Source of the DNA: Octopus bimaculoides
Taxonomy: Eukaryota
DNA length: 64,000 nt
Assembly (NCBI RefSeq): GCF_001194135.2
Contig: NC_068990.1
Coordinates: 34,080,239-34,144,238, forward strand
Direction of reading: 5' to 3'
Shown: piece by piece, positions 38,270 through 49,474 of the stretch
Position numbering within the stretch: position 1 is the stretch's first letter
Layout of the letters: the number at the start of each line of letters is the position of its first letter
Program-made: the position numbers and the translations under genes
The notes under the pieces: model-generated
Database searches by the model: none
The model's input: the letters and a program-made list of their open reading frames with translations, nothing else
What the model was told of the DNA's origin: nothing

Positions 38270-38880
38270 ATGCATTGGTGTGGGTGCTGGTGTCATGTAA
38301 AAGGCACTGGTGCTGGTGCCACTTAAGAATCACTGGCACTGGTGCCACTTAGAAAGCACTGGTGCTAGTGCTTGCTACGCAAAAAGCACTGGTCTTGGCC
38401 CCACTTAAAGAGCACTAGTGTTGGTGCCACTTAACCCTTTCGTTACTGTATTTATTTTGAGATGCTCTGTGTTTCTTTCAATTACTTTAAATATAACAGA
38501 GAATTTAGTAAAATAACTTAGTTATCATTAAGCTAGTGTTAGGAACATAAATTGTGACTAAGGTTTGGTGGAAAATTTTAATTCAAAACTTAGGAAAACA
38601 AGACATTTGTACTCAAAGCCAAAGCCAGTTTCAGTCGGGTTGGTAACAAAAGTGTTAAAGAGCACTGATGATAGTGTCACTTAAAAAGCACCCAGTACAC
38701 TCTGTGGAGTAGTTGACATTAGGAAGGGCATCCAGCTATAAAAACCAAGCCAAAACAGACTATGGAACCTGGTATAGGCACTGGCCTTGACAGTTCCTGT
38801 AATGTAGTCCAACCCATGCCAGTATAGAAAACAGATGTTATTTGTTGATGATAATAATATTGATGATGATGTTGATGAAA
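38270..38880 (+). mobile_element. RTE 3'UTR with tandem ~25-bp GGTGCCACTTAA..AGCACT units and a GAT tail
   Basis: Repeated CACTGGTGCTGGTGCCAC.TAA units, then AAAAGCACCCAGTACACTCTG...GATGATGATGTTGATG. Confidence 0.85.
38435..38654. mobile_element. piggyBac-type MITE (family P2), TTAA TSD, nested in the RTE UTR
   Basis: TTAA|CCCTTTCGTTAC ... GTAACAAAAGTG|TTAA; removing it restores CCACTTAAAGAGCACT, identical to the neighbouring unit at 38401. Confidence 0.9.
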
Positions 38881-39499
38881 ATAAAATAAGCAAACACTAT
38901 ATTATTAGAGACATTTTTTTCGTATTTTTTGAATAAAAACACTTCAAATAGGAAACAATCAGTGCAAAGAATCTTGTAACTAAAATTGTCTTTTGAGAAA
39001 GTTGCAGCAAATTTGGAAAAATTGTCATTTTAGATTCTGTCTTTTCTTTCTTTTTCTTCTTTTTTTCTTTGAAATTTTTGAAAGAAAGTAAAATAGACTT
39101 ATTAACACATTGGAATTGGTTGTGTTGTAAATAAGCAGAAAACTCATTTAGAATTTTAATATCAAGTCTATCAATATTAATCTATTTTATTTTGACTAAA
39201 TAATAAATAAATAAAAAAGTGAGTACGTAGAGAACTAAACTTAATTAAATCTTATACCATTCTCTTGCTTCTTCCTTTACTTCGGTAAAAGATTCAAAAG
39301 AGGTTAGGCACCACAGGTTCATGTTTTTAAAGACACTAATTAGTTTGTCTGTAGCTCTACATTGTAGATATTGGTACATTTATTGAAATTCATTACAAAA
39401 CCTAAACAACGTAAACATTCGTCAGATTGAAATATCTCTATGTTGAGTAGAGGCAAACTAGTTGTTTCCTCATGTTTTATAAAAGGAAGAAACTATATC

Positions 39500-39790
39500 A
39501 TCATCATCACTTAACATCTTCCTTCCATGCTTGCATAGGTTGGATGGTTTGACTGGAGCTGGCCAGGAGGGAGTCTGTCCCATGCTTCTGAGTGTGTTTT
39601 GGCATAGTTTTTATGGGTGGATGCCCTCCCTAACACCAACCACTCCATAGAGTGGGTTGAGTGTTTTTTACGTGGCACTCACACAGGTGAGGTCAGTTTT
39701 GGAGTAGTTTTTACAGCAGGATGCCCTTCCAAATGCCAATCACTTTACAGTGTGGACTGGGTGCTTTTTAAGTGGCACCTGCACTGGCAG
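39500..39790 (-). mobile_element. RTE 3'-end fragment with an internal duplication
   Basis: GGATGCCCT.CC.AA..CCAA.CACT occurs twice; (CAT)n tail at ~39500. Confidence 0.8.
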
Positions 39791-40419
39791 GGTCACCAAA
39801 TGACTTTGCAAGAGAAAGAAGAGTCTTTAAGAGGGGAGGAGGTATTGAAGGAGGTGATCTTGTGTCAGATGATGAAAGATTAAAGTGTGACAGAGAGGCA
39901 GAAACAAATGTCTTGCTGTAGAGGAGGTCCATGTTTACCCAGCCAGAGAAAATGAGAGAAAGAGAAAGAGAGGGAGAGAAAGACAGTGAGAGTTACCAAG
40001 AATAACTATAATAATAGTAGAACTGAGACCAGCTGCATAGAAGTTTAGAAATATGATGTTCTACCATCTCAAACATTTAAATAACATTTTGTATTAGTAG
40101 AAAATCAAATATAATCATCCAACAGAGCACAGCAAAGATTTAGCCTCAAGCCCATGTTCTTCACAGGAATTCCTTATTAGATCTACTAATGAACAATAAT
40201 TAACGAGCCAAGGTATGGACAAGGTTAATTACATTCCAACTAGAAATACAGTAAGCAGTGATTGTTATCAAATGCTTGATGCAAGGCACAGAATAAATAA
40301 ACATAAATTATCTATTTAAACAGCCAGAGTTTCTCACAACACCTCAATACTTCCAACAAAATCTTGTGGTCAATAATATGATGATTTAAGGTGGCCACAA
40401 AGGCTTTTCCTTTCATTCT

Positions 40420-40530
40420 TTCAGGGTCGATAGAATAAGTACCAGTTGAGTGCTAGGGGTTGATGTAATCAACTTATCCCCCAATCCGAAATTTGTTGGC
40501 TTTGTGCCAAAATTTGAAATCAATGTTTCA
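40420..40530 (+). mobile_element. SINE family B 3' half
   Basis: CTTTCATTCTTTCAGGGTCGATAGAATAAGTACCAGTTGAG...GCCAAAATTTGAAA. Confidence 0.8.
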
Positions 40531-40554
40531 CTGATTCCAGATAAAAACTTCTCC

Positions 40555-40942
40555 TTTACACTTTTACTTGTTTCAGTCATTTGACTGTGGCCATGCTGGA
40601 GGACTGCCTTAAAAGGTTTTAGTTGATGAATTCTACCCCATGACTTATTTTTTGTAAGCCTAGTACTTATTCCATTGGTTTCTTTTGCCAAACTGGTAAG
40701 TTACAAGAGACATAAACACACCAGCATCAGTTGTCAAGCAATGGCAGGGGTACAAACACAGACACATAAGTATATGCATACATACATACATACATACATA
40801 CATACATACATACATGCATACATACATACATACAGGCTCGAAACGTTAAAAACTTTTTCAATTCCAGAGCGTTATATTAATACATCTATTTGTTTTCTAC
40901 ACCACCTGTCTGTCTGTTGTTTTTTTGTGAATTCTCCCCATA

Positions 40943-41012
<70 letters not shown>

Positions 41013-41170
41013 CACGATGGGCTTCTTTCAATTTCCGTCTACCAAATCCACTCACAAGGCTTTGGTCAGCCCAAAGCTACAGTAGAAGACACTTGCCCAA
41101 GTTGCCATGCAGTGGGGCTGAACCCAGAACCATGTGGGTGGGAAGCAAGCTTCTTACCACACAGCCACAC
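40555..41170 (-). mobile_element. SINE family A with an expanded microsatellite linker
   Basis: Head and core at 41016-41170, 3' module at 40555-40760, (ACAT)n/(TG)n/(TA)n between. Confidence 0.85.
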
Positions 41171-41665
41171 ATGAGTATACACTTCTGTGTATAATGAATT
41201 ATTGAGATTTCTTTGTCTTTTAATCAACACACTTTGTCAGATGAAGAAGTATTCCCTCCACATGATGGAATATCCAAAGATATAAATTAATTAACACAAG
41301 ATATGTTTGCTATCAAAAAATAACCTTTCAATAATTTGCATAAATGCAAATTAGCTGAAACAGATTTCATATGTTTTGTTATAAATGTAATTCTTTTTCT
41401 TTTGTAAATTTTAATTAAAATATAATTTTTATTATGCAAAAATCTATTTCCAGGCAATCTTCTGATTTAGTCTCTGAATACAAGATTTAGCAGTGTTCAA
41501 TACTCAAGCTGCCAACAATGAAGTTATTGCATTCTCTTACCAATTAAGTAAATAAAATACAAATTTATGGCTAACTACATTTAATTGGCTGCAATTTCAT
41601 TCGGTATTGATTAGTATCAATGAAGGACCAGTAAAAGTGTACACAATGTTACTACATTATTTCAG

Positions 41666-41781
41666 AGTATATGAACATAAAGGAAGTTTATGAAAATTAT
41701 AAGAATGTTATGGCTCCATTGTTCCAAGGAAGAGATGGTTTTAATTGGAAGCGTCTCACATACATTTCTAGTTGGCTTTAA
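41666..41781 (+). CDS. candidate terminal exon (xYMNIKEVYENYKNVMAPLFQGRDGFNWKRLTYISSWL*), unknown gene
   Basis: cattatttcag acceptor and a protein-like composition. It is followed by ~1.4 kb of unique AT-rich sequence containing AATAAA (UTR-like). Weak resemblance to the Bcl-2 BH1 motif. Confidence 0.35.
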
Positions 41782-43254
41782 AGAACCAATGCAACCAATC
41801 TACCAGTATTTGATTCCAATAGTAAAATTATATTATCAACATCTTAGGTTGCGAAATAATATTCTACAGGGTACTTAAAATCTGTTTCACCTGTAACCAT
41901 AACAAGTTAAAATAAATCACTTGAATTTTATTCCAAGTCTTAGGAAGGTTTCAATATGATCACAGCAACCATGTTAAAGTTCATTCTGTCAGTAGAAATT
42001 ATAATTTTCACAGAGGGGAGATTAATCCTCTAAAGGTGAGACTAGCAAATTAAATCTCAAATATGCCGTTATAAAATTCTTGCTTCAATTCCGTTCTATT
42101 TAACAGCCGTGTCTTCACACATAAACTGAAGTAGCCTTTATTACTGAGCTTTCCCCTGTCCATTCATTTATCATGAGCTTTTCTCAACCATCACCTTAAC
42201 TGCTATATATTTCTACTCATTCAGTCATATGCCTCAATCCATTTCATATTTACTATACCCTTGGTTATAATATCATCAGTTCCTGCTTTTATTAAACATT
42301 TTATGTATACTAATGGGACTAAATATGCATTAGAAGTGTGTAACATTCTTCCATTTTATAGGGATGTTTATGTTTATATAAATAGCTCCGCATTGTTCAT
42401 TTCCAACAGTTTTTCATCATTAACTTCTACACAGAAGACCTTTCACTATTGTTTGCACATCTAAAAGGGGTTTTCTTTTTGTTTTTTTGTTTTTTTTTCA
42501 TTTCCTGAACAGTCAAAGCCTCTTAACAGTAGTTCAATCTTCGTAGATACACAAAACTTAAAATATATATCATACAACACGTTTATATTCCTCTCATTTC
42601 TAATAAAATGCACACACACAACTTGAGTGTGAACAGATGAAAGAGTAGTTTATTTTACATCTCAATTCAATCCTATTCAATATTTAATTTTTTCCTACAT
42701 TCCAAATCAAAACTTCATTTATTTTCTGTTTTCTCAATCTGGAAATTAAACTATTCTCTATTTTTACTGTAGTCATTGAGATAAATTGATTTATCATTTA
42801 CTAAAATTCCTATTCTAAATATTCATTCTTAAACACAAACAGAATAGTCAACATATGTCATACTTTGAATCTCAAAAAGGATTTTTTTTAATTCAAAAAT
42901 ATGCTAAATGCTTTCTTGTTTCGTTAATGGTTTAAAAATTGCTCAACAGAGCCTACAATATTCAGCTTCTTCAATAAAAACTTATATTAGGAAAAACCAG
43001 ACCATTTCGTTATTTTATATTTACAAAAGATACACAAAGTGAAAGAAAAGTGATACAGTGAGAGAAAACATCACCAATAATTATAGAGCAATAAGTATAA
43101 TACACCAGATTTGGGACATTCGTTTATAAGTAGAGATAAAAACAATTAAGAAATATTTTGAATAGAAAATATATATTGGTCAATTTATAGCTGAAAGCCA
43201 CTGGTGTAGATACATATATAATGGAGCTGACAATTGGATGTGATCAAAATTAGA

Positions 43255-43870
43255 AAGGCATGGCTGTGTAGTAAGAAGCTTGCTTCCCAACCACATGGTT
43301 CCAGGTTCAGTCCCCACTGCATGGCACCTTGGACAGGTGTCTTCTCCTATAACCTTGTGAGTGGATTTGGTAGGGACAAACTGAAAGAAGCCCATCATAT
43401 ATATGTATGTGTATACAGGGTGGCCCAAAAGTAGGTTAACAGTTATCACGTAGGCACTTTAAATTTCTTTTAAAACATTTTATTACATTTAAATTTCTAT
43501 CTTACAAACTGAAAAGGGAGCTTAACAAAATTAACTAAATTAGTATAGAATAATGGTTTCATAGTTTTTTGTAATTAAGATCCAAACTGTTAATATGTGA
43601 ATGCGAAAGAGTTGAATAACTGTCAACCTACTTTTGGGCTACCTTGTATATCTATGTATGTGTTTGAGTTTGTCCACCACCACACTCCACCACTTGACAA
43701 CCGGTGTTGGTATGTTTATGTCACCATAGCTTAGTGGTTTAGCAAAAGAGATCGCTAGAATAAGTGCCAGGCTTTAAAAAAAAGTACTGGGGTTGATACA
43801 TTCCAACTATAAATTCTTCAACGCAATGCCCCAGCATGACTGCAGTCTAATGACTGAAACAAGTAAAAGA
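43255..43870 (+). mobile_element. SINE family A interrupted by a mariner-type MITE
   Basis: Head and core at 43255-43400, 3' module at 43670-43870. Confidence 0.88.
43416..43646. mobile_element. Tc1/mariner-type MITE, TA TSD
   Basis: TA|CAGGGTGGCCCAAAAGTAGGTTAACAGTTAT ... ATAACTGTCAACCTACTTTTGGGCTACCTTG|TA (31-bp TIR, 3 mismatches). Confidence 0.92.
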
Positions 43871-43883
43871 TAATTATTTAGTG

Positions 43884-44233
43884 GGTGCAGGTATGGCAGT
43901 GTGGTAAGAAGTTTGCTTCCAAACCACATGGTTCTGGGTTCAATCCCACTACATGGTACCTTGGACAAGTGTCTTCTACTACAGTCTCAAGCCGACCAAA
44001 GCCTCGTGAGTAGATTTGGGAGATGGAAACTGTTTGTGTGTATTTGTCATCGACCACCACTTGATAACTGGTGTTGGTGTGTTTATGTTCCTGTAACTAA
44101 GCAGCTTGGCAAAAGAGACCAACAGAATAAGTACAAGGCTTAAAAAACCCTGGGGGTCAATTCATTCAAGAAAAAATTCTTCAAGGTTTCACCCCAGCAT
44201 GGCCACCGTATAATGATTGAAACAAGTGAAAGA
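43884..44233 (+). mobile_element. SINE family A
   Basis: Aligns to the other copies; directly follows the previous copy. Confidence 0.88.
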
Positions 44234-45239
44234 TAGAATATAAAAGACACACACGTGCGCACACGTGAATGTATGCATAGCCTTCAGTCAGTCATATCAT
44301 GTGGAGATGTGTACAATTCTTCTATTTACCATATTCATTAACAAGCTTGTGCACACTCAAACATGGAAAGAACATCACTGAGGAGAATTGTCTCTGGAGA
44401 TAAATTGGCTTTAAAGATTGTTTGTGTGAAAATACATCATTGGAAAATACATCACAGGAATGACATGATTGGACTATAGGCTACATGTTTCTGCATTATT
44501 ACACTTCATTAGCAATGGACACTGAATACATTATTCATGACCCACAACAATCTCAGTGTCTGTAGCTGACAAAGTATAACAATGCAGAAATACATGTCCT
44601 TCAGTCTGATGACATCATTCAAAGTCCATTGGTATGTTTTTTACACAATTTTTCTAGAATGTTTCTAAGAAGAATTTTTCACCAAGATAATTTTTACAGC
44701 AAAGGTTTTTCCATCTTGAAGTGTTGGATATAATTGTATATTTCAATCAACACTGCATAGTGTGTCTCTTGTTAATTAAATCCAGCTTCATGAAGCTTTG
44801 CACATGTTACCAAATTTCCTATTTTCTGTTTAACTATAAGAATGGTAGTTCTTAGTGGGCTGTGAAGGACAGATGTGGTGTCTGTGGCTGATGAAGCACA
44901 ATAATACAGAAACATGCATTCTACAATCTGATGTTGCCATTCATAGGCCAGTGACGAATTTTCCAAAAAAATTTTCTCAAGAAGAATTTCTCTCCAATGA
45001 AGGTTTTTCCATGTTTAAGTGTACCCAAACATGTTAGATATAATTGTACAGCCATATATTTCAATCAACGCTTTTAGTGTGCCTTTAGCAACCACTCACA
45101 CTCACATTGTTTTAAAAAATTTTGTCAGAAACATCTTTGAACTTTTGAAATCTGTTTGATACTCTGTATTTTTTGCCATTTACCACTACTCTCTGTTCAC
45201 AAATATACAAATATTTAATGCATATGCGTGTTTGTGTGG

Positions 45240-45281
<42 letters not shown>

Positions 45282-45584
45282 ACATATATACTCTTGCATC
45301 AGTCAACCAAAATGCAACAAATTGAATTAGATAAAAATATTATTTTACAAAAAGACTCACATTATACGACAAACTAAATTTTGATAAAATCGCTTTTTTG
45401 ATACGATTGAAAACAGCGAAAACTGGTAAAAATTTTAATGTAAAATTTGTTTTCTATAGAAAAATAGAAAAAAATGAGATTCATTTTTAATAGACCTCTG
45501 TGCATTTCCACCTGTTTCTTTTTATTGATTGTCTTTCATATTTCTGCACACACAAACACATACACGCATACCTATATATATGGC

Positions 45585-45895
45585 ATCATCATCATCTTCA
45601 TTTAACGTCCGTCTTCCATGCTGGCATGGGTTGGACGGTTTGACTGAATGCTGGTAACCTGGAGAGTTGCACCAGGTTCCAATCCAATTTGGCATGGTTT
45701 CTACAGTTGGATGCTATTCCTAATGTCAACCACTCCAAGAGTGTTGTGAGTGCTTTTTACATGTTACCAGAACAAGTGCCAGTTATGCAGCACTGGCATC
45801 AACCACGGCTATGATCTCACTTGGCTTGACAGATCTTCTCAAGCACAGTATATCTTCAAAGGTCTCAAACATTTATCACTGCCTCCAAGTGATTG
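45585..45895 (-). mobile_element. RTE 3'-end fragment
   Basis: (CAT)n TTTAACGTCCGTCTTCCATGCTGGCATGGGTTGGACGG...CACTTGGCTTGAC. Confidence 0.85.
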
Positions 45896-46600
45896 AGACC
45901 TTTATATATATACATATATATATAAAATAGACATTAAGTACAGGACATCAACAATGAATGAAAAATACATAATCACAGAGAGGTAAGCAGAATAGGACAA
46001 AATATCAAAAGAAGACAACTTGCTTGTCAGTTGTTGACTGTGTTACTACTCCCTATTTCATGCTTTTAATGACAAGATAGGACAGCAACATAAGACAGCA
46101 ACATCCAGAAATTTTGAGAATATAAAATTTGTACAGAATTAGGGCTTGAAACAAACAAACAACAACAGAGTGGATGTACAAAGTAGACAATTGATGAAGA
46201 CAAATATTAAGGGCCATTAAGCCAAAATGAATTGTAATGGGTAATGCCTAGGAGAAATTTTTTAAAGACAATAGAATAAATAGAAGAGGAGAAAATAGTA
46301 GAAGGCAAAAAAGTGTCCGGAGGCGAGAGGAATTATGTCCAGCCCAGTGGACGTCTTGTCCAGAAAAGACAAGGGTGAGAGAAATGGCCTGTAGTCATGT
46401 GTGAGCAACAAGCAGAAGAAAACAAAAGATAAAGACAGGTGTATGAACAACAAGCAAGTGTATTAGTTTGACACTCAGGAAAAATGAAAAAGTCTTTTAT
46501 GATTCAAGCTTATGCTCTTCAGCAGAAAGGAATAAGAGAAAATAAACACAGTGAGAATGAAAAAAACCATGTAGAGTCTCAATAGGTAAATAATGTAAGC

Positions 46601-46790
46601 TGGTGAGTCAGCAGAATTGTTAGCACACTAAGCAAAATGCTTAGTGATATTTCGTCTATCTTTACACGAAATTCCACCAAGGTTGACTTTGCAGGGGTGA
46701 TAAAACAAGTACCAGTTGAATACTGAGGTTGATGTAACCAACTTACCCCCTCCCCCAGAGTTGTTGGCCTTGTGCCAAAATTTGAAACCA
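46601..46790 (+). mobile_element. SINE family B, decayed
   Basis: GGTGAGTCAGCAGAATTGTTAGCAC...GTACCAGTTGAATACTGAGG...GCCAAAATTTGAAACCA. Confidence 0.8.
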
Positions 46791-46985
46791 GTAGGTAAAT
46801 AAGGTAAACAACAGGAATCGATAAAGTAGACATTACAGTTGTAATGACGACGACCTGAAAACTGGTTTTATCTAATTTTTAATTACAGAGTAAACGAGTT
46901 GTTATTTCAGCAAATACAGCCTTGCCAATTTCCAATTACTTGTCAATAACTCCCATCTCCCAGCAATGAAGCTAGAAGTCATTAA

Positions 46986-47203
46986 CCCTTCATTACCATA
47001 TTTCTAATGTAACATACTTCATCTTAGTGTTTCAATTAATTTTGAAAATAATCCAGTATTTAGAGGGATTTAGTAAAATATCTCATTAAGTTGCTGTTTA
47101 CAACATAACAGAAGGTTCTTAGAAAAATTATGATAACAGGTTTTAATTATAATATGAACAATTTCAAATGAGAGATTTTCTGTCAGGTTAGTAGAGGAAG
47201 CAT
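46986..47203. mobile_element. diverged piggyBac-type MITE (P2-like)
   Basis: TTAA|CCCTTCATTAC...; internal TTTCAATTA, ATTTAGTAAAATA and TCATTAAG blocks are shared with 38435-38654. Confidence 0.5.
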
Positions 47204-47443
47204 TAATGAAATATTCCATAAGATATTAAAATATAGAATTCTCTACATAAATTCATGTTTTGAAAGACCTAAGCAATATGCTGACGTTTCATATGGCATA
47301 GTAACACAACATAATAACTGATTGAATGTCATTTACTCCAGAGTCTAACTATGGTCATTAGATCTTAATTATGAGACAAACTGTTCTAAAATTTTTGACT
47401 TTGATACTTAGTACCATTTCATTGAGGGCAAGTGCTAAAGTAC

Positions 47444-47764
47444 TGGCACTCCATCGGTTACCACAATGAGGATTCCATTTGATCCGATCAATGGAACAGC
47501 CTGCTCATGAAATTAACGTGCAAGTGGCTGAGGACTCCACAGAAACGTGTACCCTTAATGTTGTTCTCAGGGAGATTCAGCATGACACAGAGTGTTTCAA
47601 GGCTGGCCTTTTGAAATAGAGGTACTATTCATTTTTGCCAGCTGAATGGACGGGAGCAATGTGAAACTAGAGTGTCATGCTTAAGAACACAGTACATCGC
47701 CAGGAATTGAACTTTCAACCTTATGATCGTGAGCCGAATACCCTTACCACTAAGCCATGTGTCT
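47444..47764 (-). mobile_element. hybrid SINE: family-D head/core + family-C 3' half
   Basis: The 5' part matches 19198 (TGGCTTAGTGG..GGCTCAC.ATCAT.AGG..GTTCAAT..GACAC..TTTCACATTGCTCC). The 3' part matches family C (CAGCCTTG..ACAC..AAGGGTACACG...GTGCCA). Confidence 0.8.
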
Positions 47765-47959
47765 AAAGTAATTAAGCCACATGCTAGAGTATATAGTACC
47801 TTAAGCCAGTCCTACAAAGTGTGTCCCCTTTTCCTACTTATGACTAACACGTGAAAAACAACCAGAAGTAATTGCTTATATTATATAATATACAATGAAT
47901 CTGCTAGCGAGGATTCAATATTCAGTTAATGCTAAAACCATTATTCAAACTACTTTTAT

Positions 47960-48200
47960 CTTTTACTTGCTTCAGTCAATAGACCGTGGCCATGCTGTGA
48001 CAGAGCCTTGAAAGACTTAGTCAAACAATTTAACCCCAGGATTTTTCTTTTCATTTTAATTCAAGTCTGCTACTTATTCTATTGGTCTCCTTTGCCAAAC
48101 TGCTAAGTTAAGAGGACATTAAGAATCCAACACCAGTTGCTAAGCAATGGTGTTGCCAGCATGGCCACAGTCTAACGACTGAAACAAGCAAAAGATAAAA
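47960..48200. mobile_element. two SINE A 3' modules in opposite orientation
   Basis: Minus-strand module at 47960-48145; plus-strand CCAGCATGGCCACAGTCTAACGACTGAAACAAG at ~48157-48195. Confidence 0.7.
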
Positions 48201-48211
48201 GGTGATAGATA

Positions 48212-48467
48212 GCTAGACAGACAGACAGACAGACAGACACACAGACACACAGACACACAGACAGACAGACAGATACACACAGACACATACATACATACAT
48301 ACACATACATACACACACATACACACACACACACATACATGCACACATACATGCACACACACATACATACACACACATACATACACACACATACATACAC
48401 ACACACACACATACATACACACACATACATACACACACATACATACACACACATACATACACACACA
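48212..48467. repeat. (AGAC)n / (ACAC-ACAT)n compound microsatellite
   Basis: Direct reading of the sequence. Confidence 0.95.
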
Positions 48468-49065
48468 CAAATATTACTATATTTGTCCTATATTATATCA
48501 GCACAGTTCAGTGCAACCCCAAAAAACTGGCACTGCCAGTTGCCATCATCAGGTTGTGGCCAGCATAATAAAATAGGAGCTTTTACATGTAAATTAAAAA
48601 ACGTTTCCCATAAACGAACTTAAAGGATATATACATATATACATACATGCATACATGGTGACTGCCTACTCTTTAGATGAGCATAACCATTGACAACAAA
48701 ATGTTACGCATTAACTGCCAGCGATTCCCATGCAAGGGTTTTCAGTTAAGTGCAGCTTGCACAACATAACAACAGTCACTAGCAATAACCAAGAGGCCCA
48801 GAGACTAGCAAAGTGCAAGATATCCAGCTCAGTAGAGGAGCAGGTTTTATATACAAGTTAGCCTTCCTCTATAGAGATACATAGAGAAAGACCAGGGATC
48901 CATCGTTCCCAGTGGGCTTACTACACCCTTGGACACCAACCCAAGTATTTCTACATCCCAGTGATTCATGCATGCGTCCATCCCTACATACATACATAAA
49001 TATACATACAGACATGTATACATACTTAAATGCATACGTACATAAATACATACATACACTCATGA

Positions 49066-49226
49066 CAGGCTTATTTCAGTTTCCATCTTTCAAATCAACT
49101 CACAAGGCTTTGGTCGGCCCAAGGCTATAGTAGAAGACACTTGCCCAAGGTGCCACACAATGGGACTGAACCTGGAACCATGTGGTTGGTAAGCAAGCTA
49201 CTTACCACACAGCCACTCCTGCACCT
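49066..49226 (-). mobile_element. SINE family A head and core
   Basis: Nearly identical to 373-537. Confidence 0.92.
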
Positions 49227-49474
49227 AGTTGTTCAGAATTTGTGTGGTACCTACAGATTTTAGCACAGTAGACAACTGCCAGGTCTGTCTAACACATGGC
49301 ACTGGCTCTGATTTTATAAATGGTAAAAATATCTGATAAGAGATCAAGCAACAGAAGCACATTTGCTCGTTCTTTAATTGAGTAAAACCAAAAGTTAAGA
49401 TTCTTAATTTTTTTTTTTCCTTTTTGCATTCACTTACTATACGAATGAACATAAACATATTCAATGATTGAATA

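Noticed and set aside
41690-41878. Frameshifted continuation toward a Bcl-2 BH2 (KEPMQ...QHL...ILQG)
   Set aside because: It needs an assumed indel, gives too short a helix 5, and lacks the W..GGW motif.
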